From Octopus vulgaris (Eukaryota), in NCBI GenBank assembly GCA_951406725.2, contig OX597817.1:38440001-38504000 (forward strand): DNA of 64,000 bases, read 5' to 3'. The translations under genes were made by a program, and so were the position numbers. Position 1 is the stretch's first letter. Every line of letters begins with the position of its first letter. Below the pieces are notes generated by a model. The model saw nothing but the letters and a program-made list of their open reading frames with translations, made no database searches and was not told the DNA's origin. This document shows positions 11,316-25,872 of this stretch, one piece after another.

Positions 11316-14300
11316 TCTATGTCCTGGGTCTGACTTTAACCTGCATTGAATAGTAAAGCTCTTGCTCAGCAGTTTGCGGGTTTTGAAGGATGTTGAACTA
11401 TCTCTTAACCATTATTGTTCCTGGGTTTACTCTGACCCGGAGTAGTAGCACTACATAGTACCAGTGGGTTTACTAGCATAAGTGATGACAATTCCTTTGA
11501 GTGCGGGGAGGCAGAAATACCAACGGTTGGTGTCAGGGACCGCAGTAAAACCACCAGGCGTGAGGGATCCCTAGCTGTTATCACAGCATCCTTCTAGGAA
11601 AAGGACACTGTGATTTCTTGTGATTACTGCTCATCTCACTTCGATCTGTCACTAGGTATTAATCACCGAGACTCGGACAGTGGTATTTGTGTTGTACAAG
11701 CGTTTATCACTGTAATCCAGTGACGTAGATATCTCTTTACAGATATCTATAGATGTCATTCCATCTACTGGAAGTCCAATAGAGATAGAAGAGTGACAAC
11801 GCATGCAGATCTAACCAATTGGTTGTGCGCAGAAAGTTACAACTTTCGTCTGTAACCTATACTTCAAACCATCCAGATCTACTACGGGATCACAGAGGTC
11901 ATGGACGGAAATCAGAAATGCTACTAACAACGTGGAGCACAAGACGACAGCAATCGTCTGTGAAGATGGAGCAACGACCAGTAACCATGTATGTATGTAT
12001 GTATGTATGTATGTATGTATGTATGTATGCATGCATGCATGTGTGTACGTACGTACATGTGTATATGAGAGAGAGAGTGTGTGTGGGCGCGCGTGTGTGT
12101 GTGTCTATGTGTTTGTCTACCTCGCATGCGTGATAACTGCTGATGGTTTTGTTTCCGTCCCTGTTATTCGGAAGCTCGGCAAAAACAATAAATAGAATAA
12201 ATATCAGACTTTAAAATAATTACTGGGGCCTATTTGTTCGATTAAATCTTTCAGGGAGTTTTCCAGGAAAAGATAAGAAGTTGATAAAATTAGGCGAGCA
12301 TTTAGTTATTATAAGCGGCTGCATAAAGCCTCATTTTTGGTTCGTAACTCCTGAGGATTGTTTGGCTTCAAGTCAGTGCTTATAAGACAGACTTTGGGTC
12401 AAAGGCGTCCAGATATGACCCTTCCTTCTTTAGCTCGTGTAGAAGTGCATTCTTCAAAATGGTCTTTTTTAAAAGACAGTAGGGTCTGTATCTTTGTTTT
12501 TGTCACTTAGTCAGAGTCAGAAGAACAGTGACTACGAACTTTTTAATGGCTTCTAAAAGTGAAGAATGGTGGTCATCTCCAGAAAGGAGTCCTGTCTGAA
12601 TGCTTTCAACTGAGTTATTTCCGCTGAAGATATCCATGAATCAGGTGGTGATGCACAACGGTAGGCAGTTTAATTCTATCACCCAAGTATTGAGGAAAAT
12701 TTGGCTGTTATTTCTACCAGGTTAAGTGACTGCATCAAAGACCATTCATCAACTTGTAACTTCTTGTAATACTCGGTCGAAATGTAACCCCCGGCGTTAT
12801 CAAAATATGTCGCGATATCAGACAATGAAATGGTATCATTCGATCTACTGCTATGAAACCTGTAAGAATCTCAACATAAACAGCTTCAGAAGGTGGGAAG
12901 ACCATCGTGGAAAAAAAATTGAAAATGAATTAAGTGAAGAAGCTCATATTCCAAAAGTTGAACAGATAAATCAAATCATTCGTCTGTTAAGTCTACTTTA
13001 AAATAGGACACACATACACGCGAACAAACGTATGCTTTATAATTGATGTTAAGATTATCAAAGGCAGGTTGTATGCATCCAGGCAAGGCTTTAACGACTA
13101 TCAATAACTAAAGCCTTTGTCTTGAAAATTATGACAGACCAACATATAAACAGGTTGTAAGTGTAGCTAAACGACTTCAGAAAATGTATTAGAATGGAAC
13201 CCTTTATTTTCTTTGCTTTTCTTTAGGTTATTTAATTGACATGAGTGACTCTATTAAATAACACAAGGTGAAATGAAATTGGTTTAAATTCAGTTACCCT
13301 GCTCAGAGTACATTGAAACGTGTGTGGCTTACATAATATACTCATGGATAGCAGTGGTAGTAGTAGTGGTAGTAGTAGTGGTGGTGGTACTTGACTTTGA
13401 TCTTATTTATAAAACATGTTTTTAAAAGTGTGATTTCTATTTTCACGTTTTCTTTTTGTTTTGTAATGGCTTAGTCAGGAGAGGAACAGAACGCCCTTGA
13501 CACTTTTCAATGTCGCCATGACTAGTGGGGGAAAAGGCAACAGATATAGTGAAACCGGAAATACAGCCTGAATGCTTGCAACAGAGTGGATTCTAGGAAA
13601 ATCATCCAAAGACCATGTAGTGATGGTGAAAAATGGGTGGTAGACTGAGTGTATCATCCAAGAGCAGTAACGGTCTTTCCCACAGGTTTCTATTTACCAA
13701 ATTTTCTTATACAGTTTACCAAATTTCCACAATGTATTAAATTTCATCTACAAAACTTTATCAGTCTAAAGCCATAGAAGAAATTGCCCAGGGTGCCATA
13801 GTAGAAGAAACTGCAGGGATATTGTAACCGAAACCGAAGTGAACTTCACAAACACAATCATGCTTTCACATAGGACCAGAAACATTGAATAAGGGATAGT
13901 CAACCGATTAATCGAACTAAAAGGAATGAAAAGCAAAAACGGCTGCCAAAGAACTTGAACTCAGGACTAAATAACTCTAGGCATTTTGCACGCCGAACAA
14001 ACAATATGGCTGCTATATTGGAAAGCAAATGAGTATCGCTTTAGTAAGCACGTAGGCGGTAAATTTTTGCTAAGCTGATGGCGGTGACTGACACTCCAAC
14101 AAAGCAAATGACTTGAAAGCAGGAAGCGATTATGATTTCTATTTCAATTTATAGAATTGTTAGAAACAAAATGACCGGAGAATGCAGCTACAACTCTTTT
14201 TGTTCAGAATTCAAACCTGCAGAGGTCTTCAACAGTCAAGTCCGGAGGGAGATCTAATACTCTAATAATGCATCATAGATATGAATGAAATTATAACAGA

Positions 14301-14727
14301 CTTCACATTTCATAGTATACCTTGGAAAAAGGCGTATAAATCGGTGTAACTCATGTATCTCTAGACATCCCAAAAATGAAGGCATTCGAACCAACATGAG
14401 CATTTTACTAGTTGGAAATTAAATTCCATTTAAGTCACACCATGCCGCTTATAGAAATAAAGAACATCGGATAAGGTTGAGTTTGAAAATACTAAGTGAT
14501 GGTCATGGTTGGAATGCCATTGAACTATGTGTACTTGACCAGGGCTGACCTGAAGCTAAACAGCAACAATAATAAAGGCTATTTGTGCTTGTTAAAAAAA
14601 GCTTTTACTTTTATACGGGAAATAGTTGCATCTTTTATTCATTGTAGAAGAAAATTTTCCTCCAATGTCTCGAAATTAAATGATTATATTTAGAAGAAAG
14701 AAAAACTTAAACTGGCTTGTACATATG

Positions 14728-14840
14728 ACTCGTCGTCGTCGTCGTCGTCGTCTTCTTCTTCTTCTTCTTCTTCTTCTTCTTCTTCTTCTTCTTCTTCTTC
14801 TTCTTCTTCTTCTTCTTCTTCTTCTTCTTCTTCTTCTTCT

Positions 14841-14895
<55 letters not shown>
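14728..14895. repeat. (CGT)n/(CTT)n/(CT)n microsatellite
   Basis: Direct reading. Confidence 0.97.
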
Positions 14896-14896
<1 letters not shown>

Positions 14897-16864
14897 AACT
14901 CTAACTGCAAGTGTTGGCCACACCTGCAATGAAGTTTTTATGCCCTTTTGATAAGACAGATTGACATTGACTTCTTATCGGAGACGGAAGAGTTGTATAG
15001 AAGACTAAGGAGGTAAATGTACTTCATAAAGGATCTTGTTGTCAAGCATGTCTCGCTGGAAGGCCTGCGGTGTTGTTCAAATGTATTTCAAATTATGAAA
15101 GTACTAGCTTTATTTGGGCAAACGAAGAGACTTCATTCTCAATTTGACTCCAGCCAAGATCATTTTTGCAGTCATTCTTTCAAGGTCGATGAAAAAGATG
15201 TAACAATCTAAGGTGACGGATTGATAAAACTGTAAGAATGTCCAAATGGATACCTTGTGGTATCTGTTCTGTTTGCATCGTGAGTTCAAATTCCACTTTG
15301 ACTTACTTGGGTAGTAGACTTAATCTGTCATCCAGTTTAACACTACCATGTGGCACTTTGGGATCTTTAACGAAGTTCCAATGAGTAGCAAGCATTTGTG
15401 CCAGGTCTTCGATTGAGGATACCTCTCCTCTCCCACCAACCAGTCTTAGAGGCCCTGCAAAAGGGTCATGAATACTAACTTCCCTCTTGAATTAAAGATA
15501 AAAATGAATAGTCAAATCTATCACAAACCACAAAGGAAAGAAAATCATATTGTTTAATGTAATCCTGAATATATTATGTATAAGATGAAGATGAGCTGGC
15601 CACAGTTGGAACGTCGTCGATTATAAGTCTAGTCAATTACAATTAAAATGAGAATAAACAACAGCAACGAGATTAATTAATTTCCTGTTTAATTTAAGTT
15701 TATTAATTAAGTTTGTGTATATTTTTAGCAACTAAATATAGGAGAGAGTATAATTGACTGACGCAACTGCAGCATATTACTGGTGCTTAAGCAGACAGAT
15801 GCATTTGTCAGCCTTGTTACAACAGAAAATATGTCTGTTTTCACACTTTCGAAGCTTGAATACAGTTATAAGGTTTTCGATTGCTAATTAACAGACAGTA
15901 TCACCAGTATATAACCAGGGCCACATATTTTGAAAGAGGGCAATGTTGTATATTACTGATAATACTTGTATCAGCCAAGAAAGAATGTAAAGCAGAGTCA
16001 ACAACTGCGTGATATAAAACCCAGAAATTAACAATGATATAAGCAAATATATTTTTTCTTCAACTTTTAGTCAGTGGGTATGGGTCATTGCATACGACAT
16101 TTGCAAGACCTCCTCAAAACGAGACCTAGCTTCAGTATTTGCAGCTCAATGGAGTGTGCTATAAACATCCTAAATTAGAAAGTACTTTCTACATGTACTT
16201 GCGGCGGAATTCACCCGAGATGGATTGAACCGACTTCCACTAATGAGTTCACCACGTCTCCCACGAATGCTGACTACCTCCGGCGGTCAGCTGCAGTCGA
16301 GGCTGTCTACTGTCTGCGGCCCAAAATTCTAGCTTGCAAATCTGACAAACGCCACTCTGAAAGAGCAAGCGTGACGGACAGTGCGAATACCGTAGGCGTA
16401 GTCGTTCATTCGCCGTTGGGATGTAGAGTTCATGTTCGGAATTTTAGTAGGAATACAAGTTCACATGTGGTCCCCTATCACATGCATAAAGTGGAAAGTG
16501 GTGATGTTAAACCGGACAACGGAAAAAATTTATCAGCCAAGTAGGCCATAGCAATATTTGAACCCAAAACTCAAAGAGCAGGAACAAATGCCGTAAAATC
16601 TCGGGCCCGACATTTTCTCAGTACTGCCAATCCAACACTCTTTCGAGCCCCGAAAGGATAAAGGCATAGTTGACTCTGGTGGGATTTAAACTCAGAGCAG
16701 CAACAAGCCGAAACAATTACAATAAGTTATTAGGTCCAACGGTCTTTCAGTACTGCCGAAACATCAACTCTGGATTGGTAATATATTCATCGAGCCCGAA
16801 AGGACGAGTTACAAAATCGACCCCGGCTGGAATTGAACTCAGAACACAGGCAGTCGGAACAAAT

Positions 16865-17264
16865 ATTCTTTTCTACTCTAGGCAGAAGGCCCGAAATTTT
16901 GGTGGGTGGGGCAGTCGATTAGACCGACCCCAGCACACAACTGGTACTTAATTTATTGACCCCGAAAGGATGAAAAGCAAAGTCGACCTCGGCGGAATTT
17001 GAACTCAGAACGTAACGGCAGACGAATTAACTATTTCTTTACTACCCACAAGGGGCTAAACACAGAGAGGACAAACAGGGACAGACAAACGGATTAAGTC
17101 GACTATACCGACCCCAGTGCGTAACTGGTACTTAATTTATCGACTCCGAAAGGATGAAAGGCAAAGTCGATCTCGGCGGAATTTGAACTCAGAACGTAAC
17201 GGCAGACGAAATACGGCTAAGCATTTCATCCAGCATGCTAACGTTTCTACCAGCTCGCAGCCTT
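16865..17264 (-). mobile_element. Dimeric SINE family B with a 13-bp target-site duplication
   Basis: tRNA-like head ...GAGCTGG.AGAAACGTTAGC...GAGTTCAAATTCC; core TCATCCTTTCGGGGTCGATAAAT present twice; flanked by AGTCGGAACAAAT at 16852-16864 and 17265-17277. Confidence 0.85.
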
Positions 17265-17892
17265 AGTCGGAACAAATTTTGCGAGTCAGTTTAGTCGACT
17301 CACTAACACCACATAACTGTTATTGTTTTGTTGTTGTTTCACCTGAGGTGAACTCCGAAGGAACAAGCTTATTATCAAAGATATTCCAGCTACGGTCATC
17401 TTGTCTTTCTTTCGAATACAGGTTTCACACAGCTAGGACAACATTACTCATTGTGTGCCTCCCGCTTCAAATACATTGCAGTGTAATTTTAAAACAATTT
17501 GGGTGCTGTTTCTAGAAGATAGAGTGCACTGCAACGTTTCTTACAAAAGAAAACTATCAATTAATGTCGTCTACCCGTGCATCTGAGTATTTATTGAAAT
17601 TAAAATTAAAGGAATACAAATGAGGGGAAAATAACAATAATAGGTCTTATCACAATCATAACGCCATTGATAGACAGAAAGAATATTAGGATATGAAATC
17701 TAAAATTTGCAGCAAATTACAAAAGCAAGATCTAAAATTAGCTATATCAAAAATGGTTGCAAATGCTATCTTAAAATTGCGAGGCAAACGTATTAAACAC
17801 CACCATACCCTAAACAAAATAGAAGAATAAGGTAGGGGAAAACAATGATCGACAACTATGCTATGCATGGTTGTGTATGCATTTAATTACGA

Positions 17893-17923
<31 letters not shown>

Positions 17924-18255
17924 AGTGTGTGTGTCAAAACAAAGTAATAACTACCAAGTAGTTTTTAACAATAAGGAAAAACTAGATAGCAACTTTGATA
18001 GATATTAATAAATCTGATAATAATTCACATAACTTTGCACTGAAAGCCGCTCTACTGCGGAATGAATTAGATATGAGAAAGTTGCATTCATAACAGATAA
18101 AGTATTTTCTCAATTATCGATCAAGAAATTAAGTTCAGGTACTTGAATGCACTGTATATATATAGTTTTTCGAGACTATCGTAGGAGGCACTTGCCCAGG
18201 GTGCCACTCAGTGAGACTGAACCCGGAAACATGTGGTTGGGAAGCAAGCTTCTTA

Positions 18256-18480
18256 TTTCTTTATTGCCCACAAGGGGCTAAACACAGAGGAAACAAACAA
18301 GGACAGAAAAAGGGATTAAGTCGATTACATCGACCCCTGTGCGTAACTGGTACTTAATTTATCGACCCCGAAAGGAAAGGCAAGTCGACCTCGGCGGAAT
18401 TTGAACTCAGAACGTAACGGCAGACGAAATACGGCTACGCATTTCGCCCGGCGTGCTAACGATTCAGCCAGCTCGCCGCC
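18256..18480 (-). mobile_element. SINE family B monomer nested in a family A head
   Basis: 19-bp TSD TTGGGAAGCAAGCTTCTTA at 18237-18255 and 18481-18499. Confidence 0.9.
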
Positions 18481-18552
18481 TTGGGAAGCAAGCTTCTTAC
18501 CACACAGCCACGCATGCGCCTTATATATATCAGCTACTTATACAGGTATAAA

Positions 18553-18588
<36 letters not shown>

Positions 18589-18617
18589 AATATATACACA
18601 CATTTGTATACACACAT

Positions 18618-19285
18618 GTTTCCGGGTTTAGTCTCACCGAGTGGAACCTTGGGCAAGTATCTACTACAATAACCTCGGAAAACTGAAACTGACGGAAGAC
18701 AGAAACTGAAAGAAGCCTGTCATATATATATACAACATATTGTATAATTATAAACAGGGCAGATTTTTAGCCGTTTCTCCTGAAAAAAAATTATGAACAA
18801 TCGATTTTCGAACCTTATTGGGTCCTCATCTTAGGCGTCTACATCATTCTGACAGTCCCCAGCCAAACTGTTTATATACTCAACGAATACTGCGGTTACT
18901 CTATAAAGGGGTCCCTAATTTTCATATCGAAAGTGTTTAACACTATAAATACCAGCAGCCTGTCAGCGGGGATCTTAGTCCACACAGTATCAAGGTATGA
19001 TATAATAGATATGTAACATATGGTGTATGTGTGTGTGTATATATATATATAATCTAGGAGTGCGTGTCTTTGTGCCTGTGTGTCTCCCCACCACCACCAC
19101 CACTTTACAACCGGTGTGGGTGTGTTTGCGTCACTGTAAACACTGTTCGGCAAAGGAAAACGATAGAATAAGTCTCCGGGTTTAAAAAAATAAGCACTGT
19201 GTTCGATTCACTCTACTAAAAATTCAAGGCGGTGCCCCAGCATGGCCACAGTCTAATGACTGAAATAAGCAAAAGACAAAAGACC
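18618..19285 (+). mobile_element. SINE family A split by insertions in its central microsatellite
   Basis: Head at about 18618-18722 and tail at about 19060-19285. Confidence 0.7.
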
Positions 19286-19390
19286 AGAGATATACAACTA
19301 TTTATCTATCTACATACATACATACATACATACATACATACATACATACATACATACATACATACATACATACATACATACATACATACA

Positions 19391-19421
<31 letters not shown>

Positions 19422-20647
19422 GCACATGTACATGTACATAAGGATAACTTGAGTTATAGGAATATATTTTATATATAATACAAACATGGAAGAATTACAT
19501 ACAACACTCTGAGTTTCTAGGTAGGCTACAAGTATGAATTATCTGATTACTGATCAGTAATCAGAGATCTTCATATTATGCATGTGTAGAAATATACGTA
19601 AACAACCATATCAGGTGGTGCTATTAAGTTAGACATGGCCTGGACCAATCTTTGGTCGAAACATATCTAAGTTTATCTAAGTTTATTCAATGCTGAGACC
19701 ATTCCGTCGTCTTTTCTGGCAACGAAAGGTTATTCATCATTGCGAACAGCGTGAAGTCCTACAGATGAATTTACTCCAATGATAGATAAGTCAATTTAAA
19801 CCCTGATGCATTCACAGCTGATCTTCAGCTTCAACCTTGATAGATCGTTGTTTATAGGAATGGTAATCCAAAGGGATGGTTGGTGTGTCGTGCTAGGTTC
19901 TGAAAAATGAAAAACAGTAGTACAACCACCTGTTACTCGCGAACGGGTGTGCTTGATAACATGTACCATTCATTAGCTAACTGTTTTGGGTATCTGAGCT
20001 GCGGCGAACAGATGTAGACATCCTCTCGATCTGCCCACCCTATGTTCAGCAGAATATCCAGTACTTGATAGAGGGCTGTACAAGCTTCCGGATGGCACTT
20101 ATACACTGAATACACTGGAGCAATGTAAAATGAAGTGTCTTGCTGAATGACACAACGGGACGCCAGGTCAGGAATTGAACGTACAACTTTATGATAGTGA
20201 TAAGGATAGGCTGCATACCCTAATCATGAGGCGACACGCTTTCACAGAAAGCTACTAGCCAAGTTTGTGGTCTTAGTGTTGAGAGTATGTAACTAGATAG
20301 TTGAGGAAAGCAGAGGACGTAGTTAATGGTTGCCGAGCGATTGTGTTTTTAAGGCAAGTAAAATGTCAGCAAATGATGAAAATTGAATTATTTATTGACT
20401 CAAAAGAAGAATCATAATCTTTGTGATGACATTGTACTGTTATGTATGCTCACCCATAATATGAAAAATTACAGGTGGAATATTACCGTCAAAATCTTTG
20501 TAAAATGTAAACCTAACAGAGTAGACACAGCGATCTGAGAAAGAGATGAGTAAGCGTGTACGGCAGTAGACATCAGTTGTTCAGCAGACGTTAACATAAT
20601 GCTAAAGATAAAAGAGAAAAACATCTGTCGAACTAATGAGAAATCTT

Positions 20648-20695
<48 letters not shown>

Positions 20696-20734
20696 ATCCA
20701 TAACATACATAGATACATACATGACTATGAACAG

Positions 20735-21260
20735 CCAGAAGAGAAAAGTGCTTCGGGCCGTACTGAATAGCTTCTCGTTAACAGAGACATCCTTAAGAAA
20801 TGGACGCAGCATTTTCGAAGTTTGCTGACTTTATGGTTAGATTGTAAGAATGTATTTGATTCTCTCTGACTTCAATTCATGGATACAAGAATCACTACGT
20901 CTGCAATATGGTCTACATAGCTATCACTAAGCACTGAAGATACTACTATAATCACAAAGAAAATTGTCAACAGCTGTATTCCCATTTTGTCTACAGTGCT
21001 GTTCATCCTGCAAGGAATTCCTTGTTAGCCCTATTGAGGAAATGCTAAGGCTATATGTTAAAATCTATAGAGCAGAGGAAAATTAATGTTAGAATCACCT
21101 ACACACTTTTTCTTCTTTTTCCCCCCTAGATAGTTTAAGCATTATTCATTAATATTAACATCAAGAGACCAGCGCTGGTCACATTCTTACGGGACACAGG
21201 AATGGATAAGTGTTCATTTTTGGTAATCAGTTAAGGAAAGATTGTTGAAAAGACAATATG
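20735..21260 (+). mobile_element. Highly decayed R4/Dong-like LINE RT fragment
   Basis: Residual LWLDCKNVFDSL...WIQESL, resembling the WIDYKKAFDSVPHSWI RT motif. Confidence 0.5.
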
Positions 21261-21829
21261 GAATCAATTGCGTGCATAGATGTGGGGGAAGGGGGAATTA
21301 AAATTATAGTAGCCCTTATATGGCCGGTGGCGAGGTCAGGCGAGTGCATCGAAACTCTACAGTTCAACCAAGTGTGCTGTAAATCCTTATACTTGGGAAA
21401 ATTTTGAAATTAAACCAAGTTCAGTGGCATTTTTGGGCCACATCCTTCTTTGGGGCAGGAAGAAGGACAATATTAGTATTTATAATTATAATAAAGTCAA
21501 ACCGTCCAACCCATGCCATGGAAATTTCAATTACTGGCTATTAACTACCATTTATTAATGAAAATGTGAGGCTTATAGCATATTTTTCTAAATTTGATAA
21601 TCAACTTAGTACATTCTTTTTATATGAAACCTTTAATTTGTGGCCCTAATAGTTTAACGAAACCATTAACCTTTATTGAAGAACAAGTACAAAAATCTTT
21701 GTTTTGTAAATACAGCTTAAAGACTATCAGAAATCAACAAAATATGTTTAAATATTACCTACAGTGAATATAGATTGCATCATGATTATCAATTTTAGAC
21801 CGATATAATTTAAAGAATATCTTCTATAA

Positions 21830-22040
21830 GTTACTTGTGTCAGTCATTGAACTGACTGTCATATTAGGACACTGCCTTGAAGGGTTTAGTTGAATAAATA
21901 GTCCCCAGTACTTATTCTTTTAGTCTAGTGCTTATTTTATCGGTCTCTATTGCCGAAACCGCTAGGTTAAGAGGACGTAAACAAATCATTACCGCTTGTA
22001 AATCGGAGAGGGGACATAAAGAAGCACAAAGACACACTTA
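21830..22040 (-). mobile_element. SINE family A, 3' half
   Basis: CCCCAGTACTTATTC...ATCGGTCTCT.TTGCCGAA as in other copies. Confidence 0.75.
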
Positions 22041-22068
22041 TGTGTGTGTATGCAAGTCTATGTTTATA

Positions 22069-22167
<99 letters not shown>

Positions 22168-23944
22168 ATCAGTTGATCAGTTATAGCAGCCCCAAGGTTC
22201 TACGAATTGGGACTGGACTCAAAAACAAACTCCAGCACGTAGTGTGCCTGCGCCTCTAAATACACATATAAGTACTTGTGGATATCATATCTCAATCTGG
22301 TACTATGATACTGTGCACGATGTAGTCATCGTTATACACATTATTCGCAAACCTAAGGTCTTCTTAAAAATTTAATATTAATAATGACTTTTTTCCATAT
22401 AAATATTCGAATTATATTTAATTAATCTACAATGACTCATAATGGTGATACATTATTGTTATAAAATTAAAACCTACTGTGTTCATTTTCATAAAAATAT
22501 ATTCAGAGTTAGGATTATTAATACGTGAGTCAAAATATATTTCAACACAGAAAACAGCTGTGATGTATAGATTAACTATAAGTGATATTCTTGGTTTTGG
22601 TTATTGTGCAATTAAACAATAATATAACAATTTTTCGGATAAATCAGGTTACATGGAAGCATAAAATCATTTTTTTAAAATTCTCAAATATAATAAAAGT
22701 AAACCAAAAGCTTAGAAATATAAATACAATACACATTATTATTTATAAGAAAACATATATAAACTGATATTTATATTATAGTGTTGAGACTAAACACTTA
22801 TACTTTAAATAATATATAAAAACAACAATACTGTTGAACACAGTATAAATTAAATAAAGTATATTATATAATTAGTCGCAAACTAACAATCATGAGTGAA
22901 GTGTTCTCATGACTTTTTCAAAGTTAAAACTGGAGAGAACGTTCATACAATTTTCTGTTTTAACTAATACCCAAAATGTTTAACATGTTGTCATTACAAT
23001 GTTTTGTCAAATATAAAGGTGTCTACGGCCGTTTCTAAAGGGATGCACATACATAAAATTCAATGCATGTGTTCGTCTAAAGTTCACAATTACTTTTATC
23101 GGAGGTAATAACGGATATATTAAGAAATATAAATTGTTTAAGAAATTTAGAATTAATTGAAAAGAAGAGCTTTAAATTAATTAAATCAGCCAACAAAAAT
23201 ATATTCCAATATAATAATTTTACCTGAAACATATCCTTCCATAATACTACAGGTTTTTCATACTTGTTCTAAAATAAAAATAACAACTTTGCAATGTAAA
23301 AATAGCAACTTGATCTAAAATCATGGTCACGTGGCACTAGTATCATTATCATCTAAAACGAGTGAGAGACCTTTTAAAGCAGAATGCAACAATGAAGTTA
23401 ACTGTCATCTGACGAGGCGCTGAACTTCGGTTATTATAAATACAAGTATTCATGAAAACCCTAGCAAAATGTTCATATATTTTAACTAATACCCTCAATG
23501 TTTAAAAACGTGCTTTAATATCTAAGTGTCCAGGACCGTCACATTTTCCGAACGTAATTTCAGTTGTAGATGAAGATAAATATAAAAGTACTTTTTTTCT
23601 GAAAACTCCGATTCGTTGCAAAGATAGTCTTCAAATGCCGTTAGTACAATGAATTTTCCTCAAACATTGTTTTTCTTTCAAAAGATCGAAACTACATCAC
23701 ATCAAATATCAAATTACAGTAATGTAAAACTTGATCAAAAATCACGGTATTATGACATTAGCATCAGTGTAATACAATGCAATGGGAAAATGGCAACTAA
23801 GTCTAAAATCGCAAACTCTCTGTACAGTGAAAATGGTGTCTTAGCATGAAATGACAAAGTAATAACACGCGCGCGCGCACTGAGAGACAGACAGACAGTC
23901 AGACAGACAGACAGACAGACAGAGAGACAGACAGACAGACAGAC

Positions 23945-24033
<89 letters not shown>

Positions 24034-24586
24034 TTAGTTTCCTGTAACTTAATGCTATAGAGTGTTCCCTGATGATTCACTCTGATTAAGCACTCAAATG
24101 CACTTGGAACAATGCAAAGTTCCAAGCGACCATAATGGTGAAACGTACGCAGGACCTAATAACATAAATTTGTGCTCATTGTAATTTCTCCTACATTTAC
24201 TTTGTATTTTGCAACTAGTAATACTATTGATTATAGTAGTTGCTTAGCCATTATACTGGAAGCAAAATGGACAAAGATAATCTACGTGGAACTCTAAACT
24301 TAAGAGTAGCAGTCGTACATCTATTTGTACACACAAGATATAGTATACATAGATACATGTGTGTGTGCGTATGTTTATGTAGAAAGAGAGGTAAAGAGAG
24401 ATGATTATCTTAATCTAAATACTAAAACTATAATATCAATCAGACAAGAAAGCACTCAATACATTCAAAATACAGAGGTAAGTATTTTATTTATACACTA
24501 CTAGCACACAACTGTTGCACAAAATGTTCAAGTCCAATAGAAATTATTATATATGTGTCAGTGTGTATGTGTGTGTGTGTGTGTGT

Positions 24587-24654
<68 letters not shown>

Positions 24655-24806
24655 GTCTACAATTTGTATTGAGAGGTGTATTTTTGATACACTGTAATCA
24701 AAAGTCGTTTTATATGTGTATATATGTGTGTATATCTGTATATTGTATGAGTGTATATCAATCTATTTACCTATTTATCTCTTTTTCTCTCTCTTTCTTT
24801 CTTTCT

Positions 24807-24845
<39 letters not shown>

Positions 24846-24938
24846 CACACACTCACACGCATATATATAATATATGTATATACACACACCTATCTTTATT
24901 CATATTTATATGTATGTACTTTTTTGTGTGTTTGTGTG

Positions 24939-24975
<37 letters not shown>

Positions 24976-25409
24976 GCACGCACACACTCATACCGGTGCA
25001 TTTATAACTTTCTTAGAATACTAACTGTGCGAAACTGGTTTTTAAACACATTAAATCTATTATGATTCGTAACTTACATTAACCTTCACGTTTATTTAAA
25101 TAAAAAGGAACCATGGTCACAATAGAGCAGACACACAGACATGTATGAACATAATAAACTCCATTCCTATGACAGCAGATTTCATCTGTTTTCAAAGAAG
25201 TAAAACGAATAGCCAAGTGTGTGAAACGCCTACACAAATAGCTAAAAGGAACAAGTGATAGAAGAGAGACAAGACAATCACTATTGAAATTATAACTATG
25301 TAAATATGTATATATGTAAATATATCATACACACACACACACCATCACCACCACCACCACCACCACCACCACCACCACCACTAGCCCCCCCCACACACAC
25401 ACACACACA

Positions 25410-25447
<38 letters not shown>

Positions 25448-25835
25448 GCGAATGGGTGGTTGGGCTTAAAAGGATCTCTGTCGGCTTTGCCGAAGTGTAT
25501 TATAGCTTCAGCTATTAACTCAGCTGAATTACCTGGTCCTAGTGTTAGCGTGTATTCCATACGTACATAATCCATAAGCGAAATTCTTCTGACTAAATCG
25601 ACGGGATACTATGTACGACAGAGCTGTTCTTTTGAATTACTGGTAAAACTTATCCAACTGGTTTTTATACAGTTTCTGTCCACCAAATTTTACTCACAAG
25701 GAATAAGAGGTCCTGAGGTTTATCGAAAATATATTTACTGAAGATGCCATTCAGTGGGATTGAACCTGGTTCCTTATAGTTGCGAAGCGAAATACTTAAA
25801 CATTCGGCCATATACTTATACATACATACATACAT

Positions 25836-25872
<37 letters not shown>

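Noticed and set aside
16080-16520. GC-richer unique-looking segment
   Set aside because: No ORF, motif or structure I could assign
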